From: Candidatus Bathyarchaeum sp.
Lineage (GTDB): Archaea > Thermoproteota > Bathyarchaeia > Bathyarchaeales > Bathyarchaeaceae
Length of the DNA stretch: 64,000 nucleotides
NCBI GenBank assembly: GCA_026014565.1
Contig: JAOZIB010000043.1
Coordinates: 5,854 to 69,853, forward strand
Direction: 5' to 3'
Shown here: positions 37,969-45,889 of the stretch, one piece after another
How positions within the stretch are numbered: position 1 is the stretch's first letter
Layout of the letters: each line of letters begins with the position of its first letter
The notes under the pieces: generated by a model
Told to the model about the DNA's origin: nothing
Databases searched by the model: none
Seen by the model: only the letters and a program-made list of their open reading frames with translations
Made by a program: the position numbers and the translations under genes

Positions 37969-39255
37969 TTAGACAGAAGGAACAGCATCACGTTTTTCGG
38001 CTAAAAGTTCCAGATACCTATCAGTTGTTGATTTTGCGGCTTCTTCCCAACTGAACATTTCCAAAACTCGTTTTCTGCCATTTTTGCCTAACTGAATTCG
38101 TTTATTTGGGTCTTCAAGTGCGCTAACAACTCCCCATGCAATATCAGAGGGGTCATTGGGGTTAATGTGAAAACCACAATGGTCATGCCCGTTTATGCTT
38201 ACTATTTCACGCATTCCACTGGTTCCTGCTGCACCGACAACTACGGGTTTTTCCATGCTCATGGCTTCTAAGGTAACAATTCCGAAGGGCTCATACAAAC
38301 TAGGGAAAGCTGCTACATCACATGCAGCGTAATGGGCGATCCGTTCTTCTTCAGGTATGAACTCGAAACGGAATTTCACTACATCTTCAAGATGTAAGTT
38401 ACGAACAAGGCCTTCCAGATAGTCCCGCATGTCTCCAAGCCCAAGAACCACCAATTTTGCGTTTGGAATCTTTTGTTGAACTTTGGGCATGGCTCGAATA
38501 AGTTTATCAACTCCCTTAATCCACACAAGGCGCCCAACAAAAAGAATCATTGTATCGTTGTCGTTTAAGCCATACTTGCTTTTGATTTCTTTTATTCGTT
38601 CTTGACTTACTTGTTTAGGGTCATACTTTTTGGGGTCCACACCATTATAACAAACCCTGATTTTTTCTGCGGGAAAGCCTGCTTGTATTAGCTCATCTTG
38701 CATAGCATAAGAAACTGTAATGACCATGTCTGCCATTTTACCTGCACGGTTTTCCATACTGGTTACTACAGCTGAACCATTTCCGAGGGTGCGTCCGTGT
38801 TCATTAGAATGAACATGAAACGCCAAAGGGATACCTAGTTCTTTTTTTATGGTGATGCCTGCAATAGTAGAAAGCCAATCGTGGGCTACGACTAGATCAA
38901 ATTTGAAGTCTTCTTCTCGGACTAGCTCGTTAATCATTTTTGCTGCGCTTAAGTAGTTATACATCAAAATTTTTGAGAAGAACCTAATACCCCGTCCCCA
39001 TTTTTTAACGTCATCAGCCAAAACATCAGGCAACGAGTCCGAAACATCAATGTGAACTGGTCGATGGATTTCAATTCCCCTGAAAAGTTCGCGGGTGGGT
39101 AAACTTCCTTGATCGTCGTTCATTGTAAAAACGGTAACATCATGACCCAACAAAACAAATTTTCGGGTAATTTCTGCAGCATATGTTCCTAAGCCACCAA
39201 CAATTTTAGGAGGATACTCGTAAACTAAAACAGCAATTTTCATTGTTACCACCAA
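37969..39255 (-). CDS. GT4-type glycosyltransferase (glycogen-synthase-like), paralog of 36440..37603
   Basis: YPPKIVGGLGTYAAEIT and EPFGIVTLEAMSMEKPVV motifs. 428 aa. Confidence 0.8.
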   Translation of the reverse strand: MVVTMKIAVLVYEYPPKIVGGLGTYAAEITRKFVLLGHDVTVFTMNDDQGSLPTRELFRGIEIHRPVHIDVSDSLPDVLADDVKKWGRGIRFFSKILMYNYLSAAKMINELVREEDFKFDLVVAHDWLSTIAGITIKKELGIPLAFHVHSNEHGRTLGNGSAVVTSMENRAGKMADMVITVSYAMQDELIQAGFPAEKIRVCYNGVDPKKYDPKQVSQERIKEIKSKYGLNDNDTMILFVGRLVWIKGVDKLIRAMPKVQQKIPNAKLVVLGLGDMRDYLEGLVRNLHLEDVVKFRFEFIPEEERIAHYAACDVAAFPSLYEPFGIVTLEAMSMEKPVVVGAAGTSGMREIVSINGHDHCGFHINPNDPSDIAWGVVSALEDPNKRIQLGKNGRKRVLEMFSWEEAAKSTTDRYLELLAEKRDAVPSV

Positions 39256-39630
39256 TTTATCCGTTTTGACAATTAATCAGACGAAAGCTTAGTTCAGTGT
39301 GCGAAGAAGCGTTATTTAACGGTTACTTCACTGACGTAAAGACACAAATTTCATCTTTATTCAAAAAATCGTTCAACATAATTTGAATAATGAGTTTGAT
39401 CTCCATAAGTGCCTTACATAGTTTTGTTCAAACATCAACTAAAGAGAAACATAAGGGGAAAAACAAATGAAAAGGGCGCGCTTCTAAAAATATCAAAAAT
39501 AGTCGCATTTTCAGTTTTGGTTGACATTTGGCTTACTGGATGGACAGTATACTCTAACAACCCCAAGGCTCAGGTGTCAGATGAAAAATGGAAAATGATA
39601 ATTATTCCACGTGAAAATTACAAAAAATAG

Positions 39631-39671
39631 TCTAAAAATAAAAAATGTGGATAGCGTTTTTCAGCGTATCC
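39631..39671 (-). terminator. imperfect hairpin plus T-run downstream of the DEAD-box gene
   Basis: Minus strand reads GGATACGCTGAAAAACGCTATCC, followed by ACATTTTTTATTTTTAG. Confidence 0.4.
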
Positions 39672-39679
39672 TTAGTTGT

Positions 39680-40810
39680 TTAGCAGTATTGTGGGTTCAA
39701 TGATTCAATTTCTTCGATGTGCGTATTTGTTAGGTTTTTGATTTTATTTAGGTCAGGAATTTCTCCATAGCCCACTAGAGTTATTGCGGTTCCTTCGCCG
39801 CCGTTTCGGGCTGTTCTACCGATTCGGTGGAAATACACGGGCGCTTCTACGGGCACATCAAAATTGATTATATGAGTTATTCCTTGGATGTCTAATCCTC
39901 GTGCAGCGACATCAGTTGCAACAAGAAAATCAAATTTTCCCTCACGGAAAGCTCTGGTTACGCGTTCCCGTTGAGCCTGAGTGAAACCAGCATGCAATGA
40001 CCTAGCAGAGTATCGATTTTTGTGTAGTTTGTTTGCTAACCAATCGCATCCACGGCGTGTGTTGCAAAATATGATTGCCTTCTCAAAATCTTGTTGTTTA
40101 AGGATTCTAAGAAGATGATCAAGTTTTTGACGTGAATTTACTACCATGTAATACTGGTTTAATTGTTCAAGAGCGATTTCGTCCTTGCTGACCAGTACTT
40201 CCTCGGGGTCGTTCATATAGCTGTGGCAAATTTCCATTACAGATTTGTCCATTGTTGCAGAAAATAGGCTTAATTGCCGTTCTTCTGGCACACGGGACAA
40301 AATGAATTTGATGTCATCAATGAATCCCATGTCTAGCATTCTGTCTGCTTCGTCAAGAACAACCATTTTGGTTTCTGAAAGCTTAAGAGTTCCACGTTTC
40401 AGGTGGTCAATTATTCTACCGGGAGTTCCAACTACAATGTGCACGCCTTTTTGTAGGGCGCGTATTTGTTTGTTGATGGATTCTCCGCCATAAACTGGCA
40501 AAATTTTCAGTTTTGTGTATTTACTGAATCTTTTCATGCGGGTTGCAACTTGTATTGCAAGTTCACGAGTTGGAGCTAGTACTAGTCCTTGTACTCTTTT
40601 GTTCATTGGATCGACGCATTCAACCATGGGTATTCCAAAAGCTGCGGTTTTTCCGGTTCCGGTTTGTGCTTGCCCTATGACGTCTTTTCCTTCAAGTAAT
40701 GGGACAATTGCTTGAGCCTGTATGGGAAAAAGTTCTGTGAATCCAAGCTCGGTTATCCCTTTCATGACTTCACTAGTTAAGGGTAAGTCTTCAAAATATT
40801 TCATTTGCAT
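39680..40810 (-). CDS. DEAD-box ATP-dependent RNA helicase
   Basis: Q motif, AQTGTGKT, VLDEADRMLD, SAT and HRIGRTAR motifs. Confidence 0.92.
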   Translation of the reverse strand: MQMKYFEDLPLTSEVMKGITELGFTELFPIQAQAIVPLLEGKDVIGQAQTGTGKTAAFGIPMVECVDPMNKRVQGLVLAPTRELAIQVATRMKRFSKYTKLKILPVYGGESINKQIRALQKGVHIVVGTPGRIIDHLKRGTLKLSETKMVVLDEADRMLDMGFIDDIKFILSRVPEERQLSLFSATMDKSVMEICHSYMNDPEEVLVSKDEIALEQLNQYYMVVNSRQKLDHLLRILKQQDFEKAIIFCNTRRGCDWLANKLHKNRYSARSLHAGFTQAQRERVTRAFREGKFDFLVATDVAARGLDIQGITHIINFDVPVEAPVYFHRIGRTARNGGEGTAITLVGYGEIPDLNKIKNLTNTHIEEIESLNPQYC

Positions 40811-41094
40811 ATGTTATATTCTCCTGTCACGTATTTTATACACGCGATCTTCAAAATTCTTCAAAAGTCTTTCATTGTCGGTATATGTATTCTCAAAAGT
40901 CTTCTAAAGCTTCTCGAGTAAGCATGAATCTAAGTGACGATACAATCCAACAACAAATGCACATATAAAAACCTTGTCTTTTTCGTAAAATACGTTTCGA
41001 ACACCATTTTATAACAAAACAAAAAAGAAAAAGGCAAGAAACTGGCACGTCGCCGCATCAATGAACTTGTTTTGACGCATTGGTGTTGCAGTTT

Positions 41095-41820
41095 TTACCT
41101 ATTTTTTAGCAAGTCTCGAATTTCACGCAAAGTAACCAGTATTTCATCGTCTAGTCCTTCAGTTTCGGGCACGGGCTTTTCTGCTCGCGGGACAACTTCT
41201 GTTCCAGTTACGTATGGCGCTTTGAAGTTTCTTAGTTCATTTAGGATAAAGTCTCGAACTTCTTCGTAGAAGACAATACCGTCCAGTTGGACTTCGGGTC
41301 CTGTTTGGTTGCTTCCTGAGTACCCTGCAGTTTCAATTTGAACAGAACCAATACCAAACAAACGATCAAATAGACCGGCTTTGCTGGATATGTTTGTGAT
41401 TGTTCGGAAGGGCACATGTTTTCGGGTTATTGTTACTACGCCGCGTTTTACGTAGATTTCGGGCATTGTTTCTCCTGTTTCGGCTTTGACGGAGTATTCG
41501 ATGTTTCTATACTCAAATGGAGCATAAATCAAAGCAGGTATAGTCCATATCAAATTGAGGGCAATAGTCCAAAAACTAACAGGTAGAATCCATGCTTCGA
41601 TGTGAACAATGGCATTTGGGATTGCTTCGGGTTCCATTATTTCTCCCAGAAATGATCCGACAACTAAGCAAAGCACTACAACTAGACAGAAAATAAAAAA
41701 CATAAACAAGATCTGAAAGATGTTTTTGTGCAGAAATGCTTTTGAAGGTTTGAATATTTTTCCGCTAGTTACTTTCTTTAGTGGGGGTTTGATTATTTTT
41801 TCTCTCATTTCTTTTTCCAT
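41095..41820 (-). CDS. membrane protein with bacterial-type PH (bPH_2/YdbS-like) domain
   Basis: Two TM helices, then ITRKHVPFRTITNISSKAGLFDRLFGIGSVQIETAG, the bPH_2 pattern. Confidence 0.6.
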   Translation of the reverse strand: MEKEMREKIIKPPLKKVTSGKIFKPSKAFLHKNIFQILFMFFIFCLVVVLCLVVGSFLGEIMEPEAIPNAIVHIEAWILPVSFWTIALNLIWTIPALIYAPFEYRNIEYSVKAETGETMPEIYVKRGVVTITRKHVPFRTITNISSKAGLFDRLFGIGSVQIETAGYSGSNQTGPEVQLDGIVFYEEVRDFILNELRNFKAPYVTGTEVVPRAEKPVPETEGLDDEILVTLREIRDLLKNR

Positions 41821-41822
41821 AT

Positions 41823-42326
41823 TTATCCACCTTCATTTTTTCGTTTATATCGGGGTGTTTGTTTTGCTGCGAGTTTGTTCAGGACAGTTATGGATTGCTG
41901 AACCATCAAAAGCTGTTTTTCATCGGGACGAAGTTTCAGATCATATTCTGTTATGATTGTATCTAATAGTGTTCTGCACTCAGATTCTTTTGGACAATCA
42001 GGGCACAGTTTTCCGGCGTATGAGTCGTGTTTATACCACACAATTATTCCAAGGGCTTGGGTGAAAATGATGTATACCGGCGCATTGGCCTGGTAATCAA
42101 AGCCCATAAGCAAACCTTTGTAGTCAAGCAACGTTTCAACGTCAAGTCGGTGGCTTTTTGCGTGTTCTTGAAGGGCTTTTGCGATTTTTTTTCTTGTTCG
42201 ATTCAGCACTCTGGAAACATACGCTGAGCTCCAGTTTTCTTTGCTGGTTTTGGCGATCTCTGTGGTTGGTTTTCCTTTTTGAAACTGTTTCCATACTGTT
42301 GATTCATGTGATGAAAGCAGCCCCAT
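41823..42326 (-). CDS. HTH (sigma-70 region 4 / Tfx-like) DNA-binding protein with C-terminal Cys motif
   Basis: ESTVWKQFQKGKPTTEIAK....YVSRVLNRTRKKIAKAL resembles r4/LuxR-type HTH. CPDCPKESEC occurs later. Start taken at MGLLSS (ORF open to 42353). Stop lies 2 nt before the bPH gene start. Confidence 0.5.
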   Translation of the reverse strand: MGLLSSHESTVWKQFQKGKPTTEIAKTSKENWSSAYVSRVLNRTRKKIAKALQEHAKSHRLDVETLLDYKGLLMGFDYQANAPVYIIFTQALGIIVWYKHDSYAGKLCPDCPKESECRTLLDTIITEYDLKLRPDEKQLLMVQQSITVLNKLAAKQTPRYKRKNEGG

Positions 42327-42440
42327 GTAACATCCCCGAAATATATTTACCAAAATATTGTAAACATTTACTAATAAATTTTCTGGTGTAATGCAACAAT
42401 TCTTAAATCACAAAAACTGTTTGTTAGTAATGGGGAGTAA

Positions 42441-42815
42441 ATGATGAGTTTAAGTTGGGAAAAACCGGTAATTGTTTTTTATAAAGAACGAGAAAAACCT
42501 CGGGAAAAAAGAGCTCTTGTAGCAGTTAAAGCCCATAAGATCATTGTTTCCGAAAAAACGGATAAACACAAACTTCAAGGTTCAATTAAAGACTTTTTCC
42601 CACTGATAGGAGATTTTGAGTATCTTTCTACTGATGAAGGAAAAACAGACAACTATGTTTTGTGTTGGTTTGATGATGCAAAAGATGACTTCAGTACAGC
42701 TTTTAGGCGCTTAACTGGTGTTGTTTTTCCACAAGGAATCCAATGTGAAATCAACGACAAAGGCAAAAAAGTCTGCAATGCAATATTTTCCGCAAAACAA
42801 GGAAAACTAGAATAG
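42441..42815 (+). CDS. hypothetical protein
   Basis: 124-aa ORF with a strong SD (GGGGAG) 3-4 nt upstream of ATGATG. No recognisable motif. Confidence 0.5.
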   Translation: MMSLSWEKPVIVFYKEREKPREKRALVAVKAHKIIVSEKTDKHKLQGSIKDFFPLIGDFEYLSTDEGKTDNYVLCWFDDAKDDFSTAFRRLTGVVFPQGIQCEINDKGKKVCNAIFSAKQGKLE

Positions 42816-42827
42816 AACTTTAACAGT

Positions 42828-43376
42828 TTATTGCCTTGTTTTGCTTAGTTCAATTGCATCAAATAGCGGCTCTAAAAGATTTTTCCTAACAAATTTTTCA
42901 TCCAAAACTTTTCCTTCAGGATCATTTAGTCCTAAACAACAAGGAATCAGCTGTAAAGCGATACGGTCAGATTCTAACAGTTCGAAAGTAAAGGGATAAA
43001 GCTTACAAAGGGATGGCCGTGAATTGTATATGCTGCAGTTGTGTAAGTTTTGGGTTTTATCATAGTTCAGAAATATGCATGAACCATCTGTTCTAGTTTT
43101 GAGGCAGCCCGACAAATGTTCAGCATTAGTTTTGAAGAGCTCAAGAAAATCATCAGTTGAATATCCTGCAAGTTTTATTTTGTTGATGTCGTTTTCGGTG
43201 AGGATTGGCCCTCCGAGTTTGCAGCAAAGGCTTGCATTTCGTTTGCATTTGAATTTGAACTGTTTTTGGGTGATTTGTATGCCTAGAATTGAGTGGTTTT
43301 GTGTGTCCAACGTAAGGATTGCTAAGGTGTTGTTCATGGTTTGCTGAGCACCAAATAGGGGAAGAATTCGTTGCAA
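42828..43376 (-). CDS. YkgJ-family (CxxCxxCC) Fe/Zn cysteine-cluster protein
   Basis: CKRNASLCCKLGGP ... CIFL ... CSIYNSRPSLCKLYPF, the UPF0153/YkgJ pattern. Confidence 0.7.
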   Translation of the reverse strand: MQRILPLFGAQQTMNNTLAILTLDTQNHSILGIQITQKQFKFKCKRNASLCCKLGGPILTENDINKIKLAGYSTDDFLELFKTNAEHLSGCLKTRTDGSCIFLNYDKTQNLHNCSIYNSRPSLCKLYPFTFELLESDRIALQLIPCCLGLNDPEGKVLDEKFVRKNLLEPLFDAIELSKTRQ

Positions 43377-43469
43377 TTGCTTGAGGTCAGCTATAAATGT
43401 TTAGGTCACGAACAAAAACTATTAATTATGAGAAAAAGGGTTATGTCAGAACACCTTGGGGTATAGGTT

Positions 43470-43748
43470 ATGGCAAATCATCGAGGGGCCGATGCCCAAA
43501 AAATGCTCACTTCTATTGCTACGCTTCTTAGGAATACCACGTGGAAGTGCGGAAAGATCGAACGACGAGTCGTAAATTATTTGCAGCGTCGAGGACAAAG
43601 GTCTGGAAGCGCTCAGACAGCAGTTAAAGACATGATGCAAGACTTTGAGTTAAGCGGAAAACAAAAAAGCGAATTTCTTGAAGCAATCCGCCGCCTAGAA
43701 AGACGCAACATAATCAAAATAACGCTGCCTGGAACAACTGGAATGTGA
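43470..43748 (+). CDS. small hypothetical wHTH-like protein
   Basis: 92-aa ORF with ATG start and a GGGGT SD-like motif. C-terminal FLEAIRRLERRNIIKI is wing-helix-like. Confidence 0.45.
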   Translation: MANHRGADAQKMLTSIATLLRNTTWKCGKIERRVVNYLQRRGQRSGSAQTAVKDMMQDFELSGKQKSEFLEAIRRLERRNIIKITLPGTTGM

Positions 43749-43866
43749 ACAACAAGTTAAACAATCTGTCAGTTACGGCAAATGTTACACGTTTGACCGT
43801 AAACTACCACATTTTTTGAACCAACAATTTTTATGGTTAACCAAATAATAATACATAGGGGTAATT

Positions 43867-44289
43867 TTGGTAAGAAAAGACATTCTAGCAGTATCAATAT
43901 TTGTTCTTGCAGTTGTTATTGCTTCTGGGTTTTTAGTTTACTGGAACGATTTACATCAACAACCCAAAACAAAACATGAGACAAACCGCTGGGCAGTAAT
44001 AACAGATTCAAAAGGAGAAATCATTACGGTGGAAACCACCAGTTTGGCTGTTTGGAATGATCTTAAAAATCTTGAAGAAAACCAAATTCAACTATGGATA
44101 GGTGGAAGCATAGAAGAATACGACAATTACTGGGGATTTCGATTTAACCCCGACACTATCATAACAGCAGAAATAACAATCGAAGGCGCACAAGCCACCA
44201 TCCAATCCATAAGCGACGACCTAAACTACTGGATAAATACATGGCAAAACGAAGTCTACGTTTTCGCCCAAGTAACAGAAATCCACTAA
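43867..44289 (+). CDS. hypothetical membrane-anchored protein
   Basis: N-terminal TM helix ILAVSIFVLAVVIASGFLVYW, then a ~110-aa soluble domain. TTG start. Confidence 0.5.
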   Translation: MVRKDILAVSIFVLAVVIASGFLVYWNDLHQQPKTKHETNRWAVITDSKGEIITVETTSLAVWNDLKNLEENQIQLWIGGSIEEYDNYWGFRFNPDTIITAEITIEGAQATIQSISDDLNYWINTWQNEVYVFAQVTEIH

Positions 44290-44508
44290 TGAAATTCTAA
44301 AAAAAGAACCAATAACAAAATTAAGTTATGATATTATTAAAAGTAAACAGCAACATGAGATTATCAGGATGTACGGCGTTACAGTTCCACTTTTAGGTTA
44401 TTAAATAACATCAGGTTTTGACGGTTAATCAATGTTATAGATGTTTTTCTTCAGTCACAGCATCATGTTTACAATATTCATATTAGACTGGAATGCAGTT
44501 TTTTCTTT

Positions 44509-44574
44509 GGGGAATGATGTAGCCGTCCCAGACCGACCGTAACTGGAATGAAGACTACAAGGCTGGCAGACCCC
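44509..44574 (+). ncRNA. candidate C/D-box sRNA (degenerate boxes)
   Basis: GGGG-AAUGAUGU(C)-12 nt-CCGA(D')-10 nt-AAUGAAGA(C')-12 nt-CAGA(D)-CCCC. All four boxes keep the GA dinucleotide, both guides are exactly 12 nt, and there is a 4-bp terminal stem. An AT-rich TATA-like box lies ~30 nt upstream and T-runs follow. Confidence 0.4.
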
Positions 44575-44598
44575 TTTATTTGACCTTGGTGGGTTTTT

Positions 44599-44859
44599 TT
44601 ATTTTTTAAGTTCGTTTGGTTCCATTGCTATTGCTTTTTCTAGTTTTTTGTCCACAAAGAAAAATATGACCCAAACTACGATGCCGTAGATTAGTCCGTT
44701 TGTTGTGGCTGCAATGTAAACTAGGTATTCTGTTATTTCAGATAGGGGGTTTTGAATTAACATGGTTATGGCGCTTTCGGGGAACAAAGGGATTGGAACT
44801 GCGAGGGAAGCCAAAGTGAATAGTAAGAAAAATGTGAAAAAGATTGGGGGTGCGTTCAT
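44599..44859 (-). CDS. small membrane protein (3 predicted TM helices)
   Basis: 86 aa, strongly hydrophobic segments, ATG start. Confidence 0.5.
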   Translation of the reverse strand: MNAPPIFFTFFLLFTLASLAVPIPLFPESAITMLIQNPLSEITEYLVYIAATTNGLIYGIVVWVIFFFVDKKLEKAIAMEPNELKK

Positions 44860-44997
44860 TTTGTTTTTTCACCAATAGTTATAGTAAATCTTAATTCAGA
44901 ATAAACCTTATTGTGTTTTTGTTCAACACAAACACACAACAAAACAACTAAAACATACAGAACATTCACATATCCAGACCCCCCTTTTCAGGTAGTC

Positions 44998-45621
44998 ATG
45001 GATCTAATTAACTTCGCAGCCACAGTAATCATCTTAACAATTTCAGGAGCCCTAGCCCCGGGACCACTATTTTTTGTAACCATATCACACGGAACAAAAT
45101 CTGGAGCAAAAAGCGGATTACTGTTTTCAATATCTCATACAATAATCGAGTTTACTCTAGTTATGCTCCTAGCCTTAGGACTTCTAACCGTTGCAAATGA
45201 ACCAACAGTGCGATTTGCAGTAGGAACCATCGGAGGAGTTGCCCTCATAGTTTTTGGTTTATTGCAAATACGTAGCTCATTAAATGAAAAGAAACAAACA
45301 AATCCAACAAATAGTTCCAACAAAAACTTGTTACTGATTGGTTTAGCCTTAACAGGATTGAATCCGTATTTCATAATCTGGTGGCTGACCATTGGAGCAA
45401 ACCTAATTCTGATTTCGTTAGAGCTTGCAGGCTTACTAGGAGTGGTTTTTATGTATATATGCCACGTTTGGGTAGATTATGCATGGCTCACGTTGGTTGC
45501 GGGATTTGCCAAAAAAGGAGCCAAACTGTTACAACAAAAATGGTACAGGTTCATGATTGCGGGGTTTGGAGCAGTGTTAATCTATTTTGGTGCAACATTT
45601 TTAGTTGATGCCCTATTTTGA
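44998..45621 (+). CDS. LysE/RhtB-family amino-acid exporter
   Basis: MDLINFAATVIILTISGALAPGPLFF start pattern, 6 TM helices. The ORF-track extension to 44911 is low-complexity and unlikely to be coding. Confidence 0.8.
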   Translation: MDLINFAATVIILTISGALAPGPLFFVTISHGTKSGAKSGLLFSISHTIIEFTLVMLLALGLLTVANEPTVRFAVGTIGGVALIVFGLLQIRSSLNEKKQTNPTNSSNKNLLLIGLALTGLNPYFIIWWLTIGANLILISLELAGLLGVVFMYICHVWVDYAWLTLVAGFAKKGAKLLQQKWYRFMIAGFGAVLIYFGATFLVDALF

Positions 45622-45725
45622 AGGTTTTGAAGGAACCGAAATTCATTTAATTGTGCTTCTTGGGAACAAACTGATTTTAAATAATTACCATAAATTCTGA
45701 ACCGTTAAATCTGAGTCAACCAAAG

Positions 45726-45831
45726 AGGGTGTTAGTGAAGAGCGCACAGTTTTCACCACTACAAAAGGAAAGGGAATAACTCCAAGACTAGTTTTGCCCT
45801 TTACTTATGTGTGCGCTCTTCAACACACCCT
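45726..45831. repeat. 106-bp element bounded by 23-nt imperfect inverted repeats (structured RNA or MITE-like)
   Basis: AGGGTGT/ACACCCT (7 bp) + small internal loop + TGAAGAGCGCACA/TGTGCGCTCTTCA (13 bp perfect), enclosing 61 nt that contain an inner AAAGGG/CCCTTT stem. Confidence 0.6.
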
Positions 45832-45889
45832 GCATAAATTTTGAAAGGTTTAATCTGTTAGGTGTCTTATTTTTCCACATACACATTGT

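Noticed and set aside
39409-39630. 73-aa GTG-initiated ORF in the 424-bp gap between the GT4 gene and the DEAD-box gene.
   Set aside because: No convincing SD or ATG start. The composition is lysine/asparagine-rich, typical of AT-rich non-coding DNA. One hydrophobic stretch is not enough. Kept as unexplained spacer.
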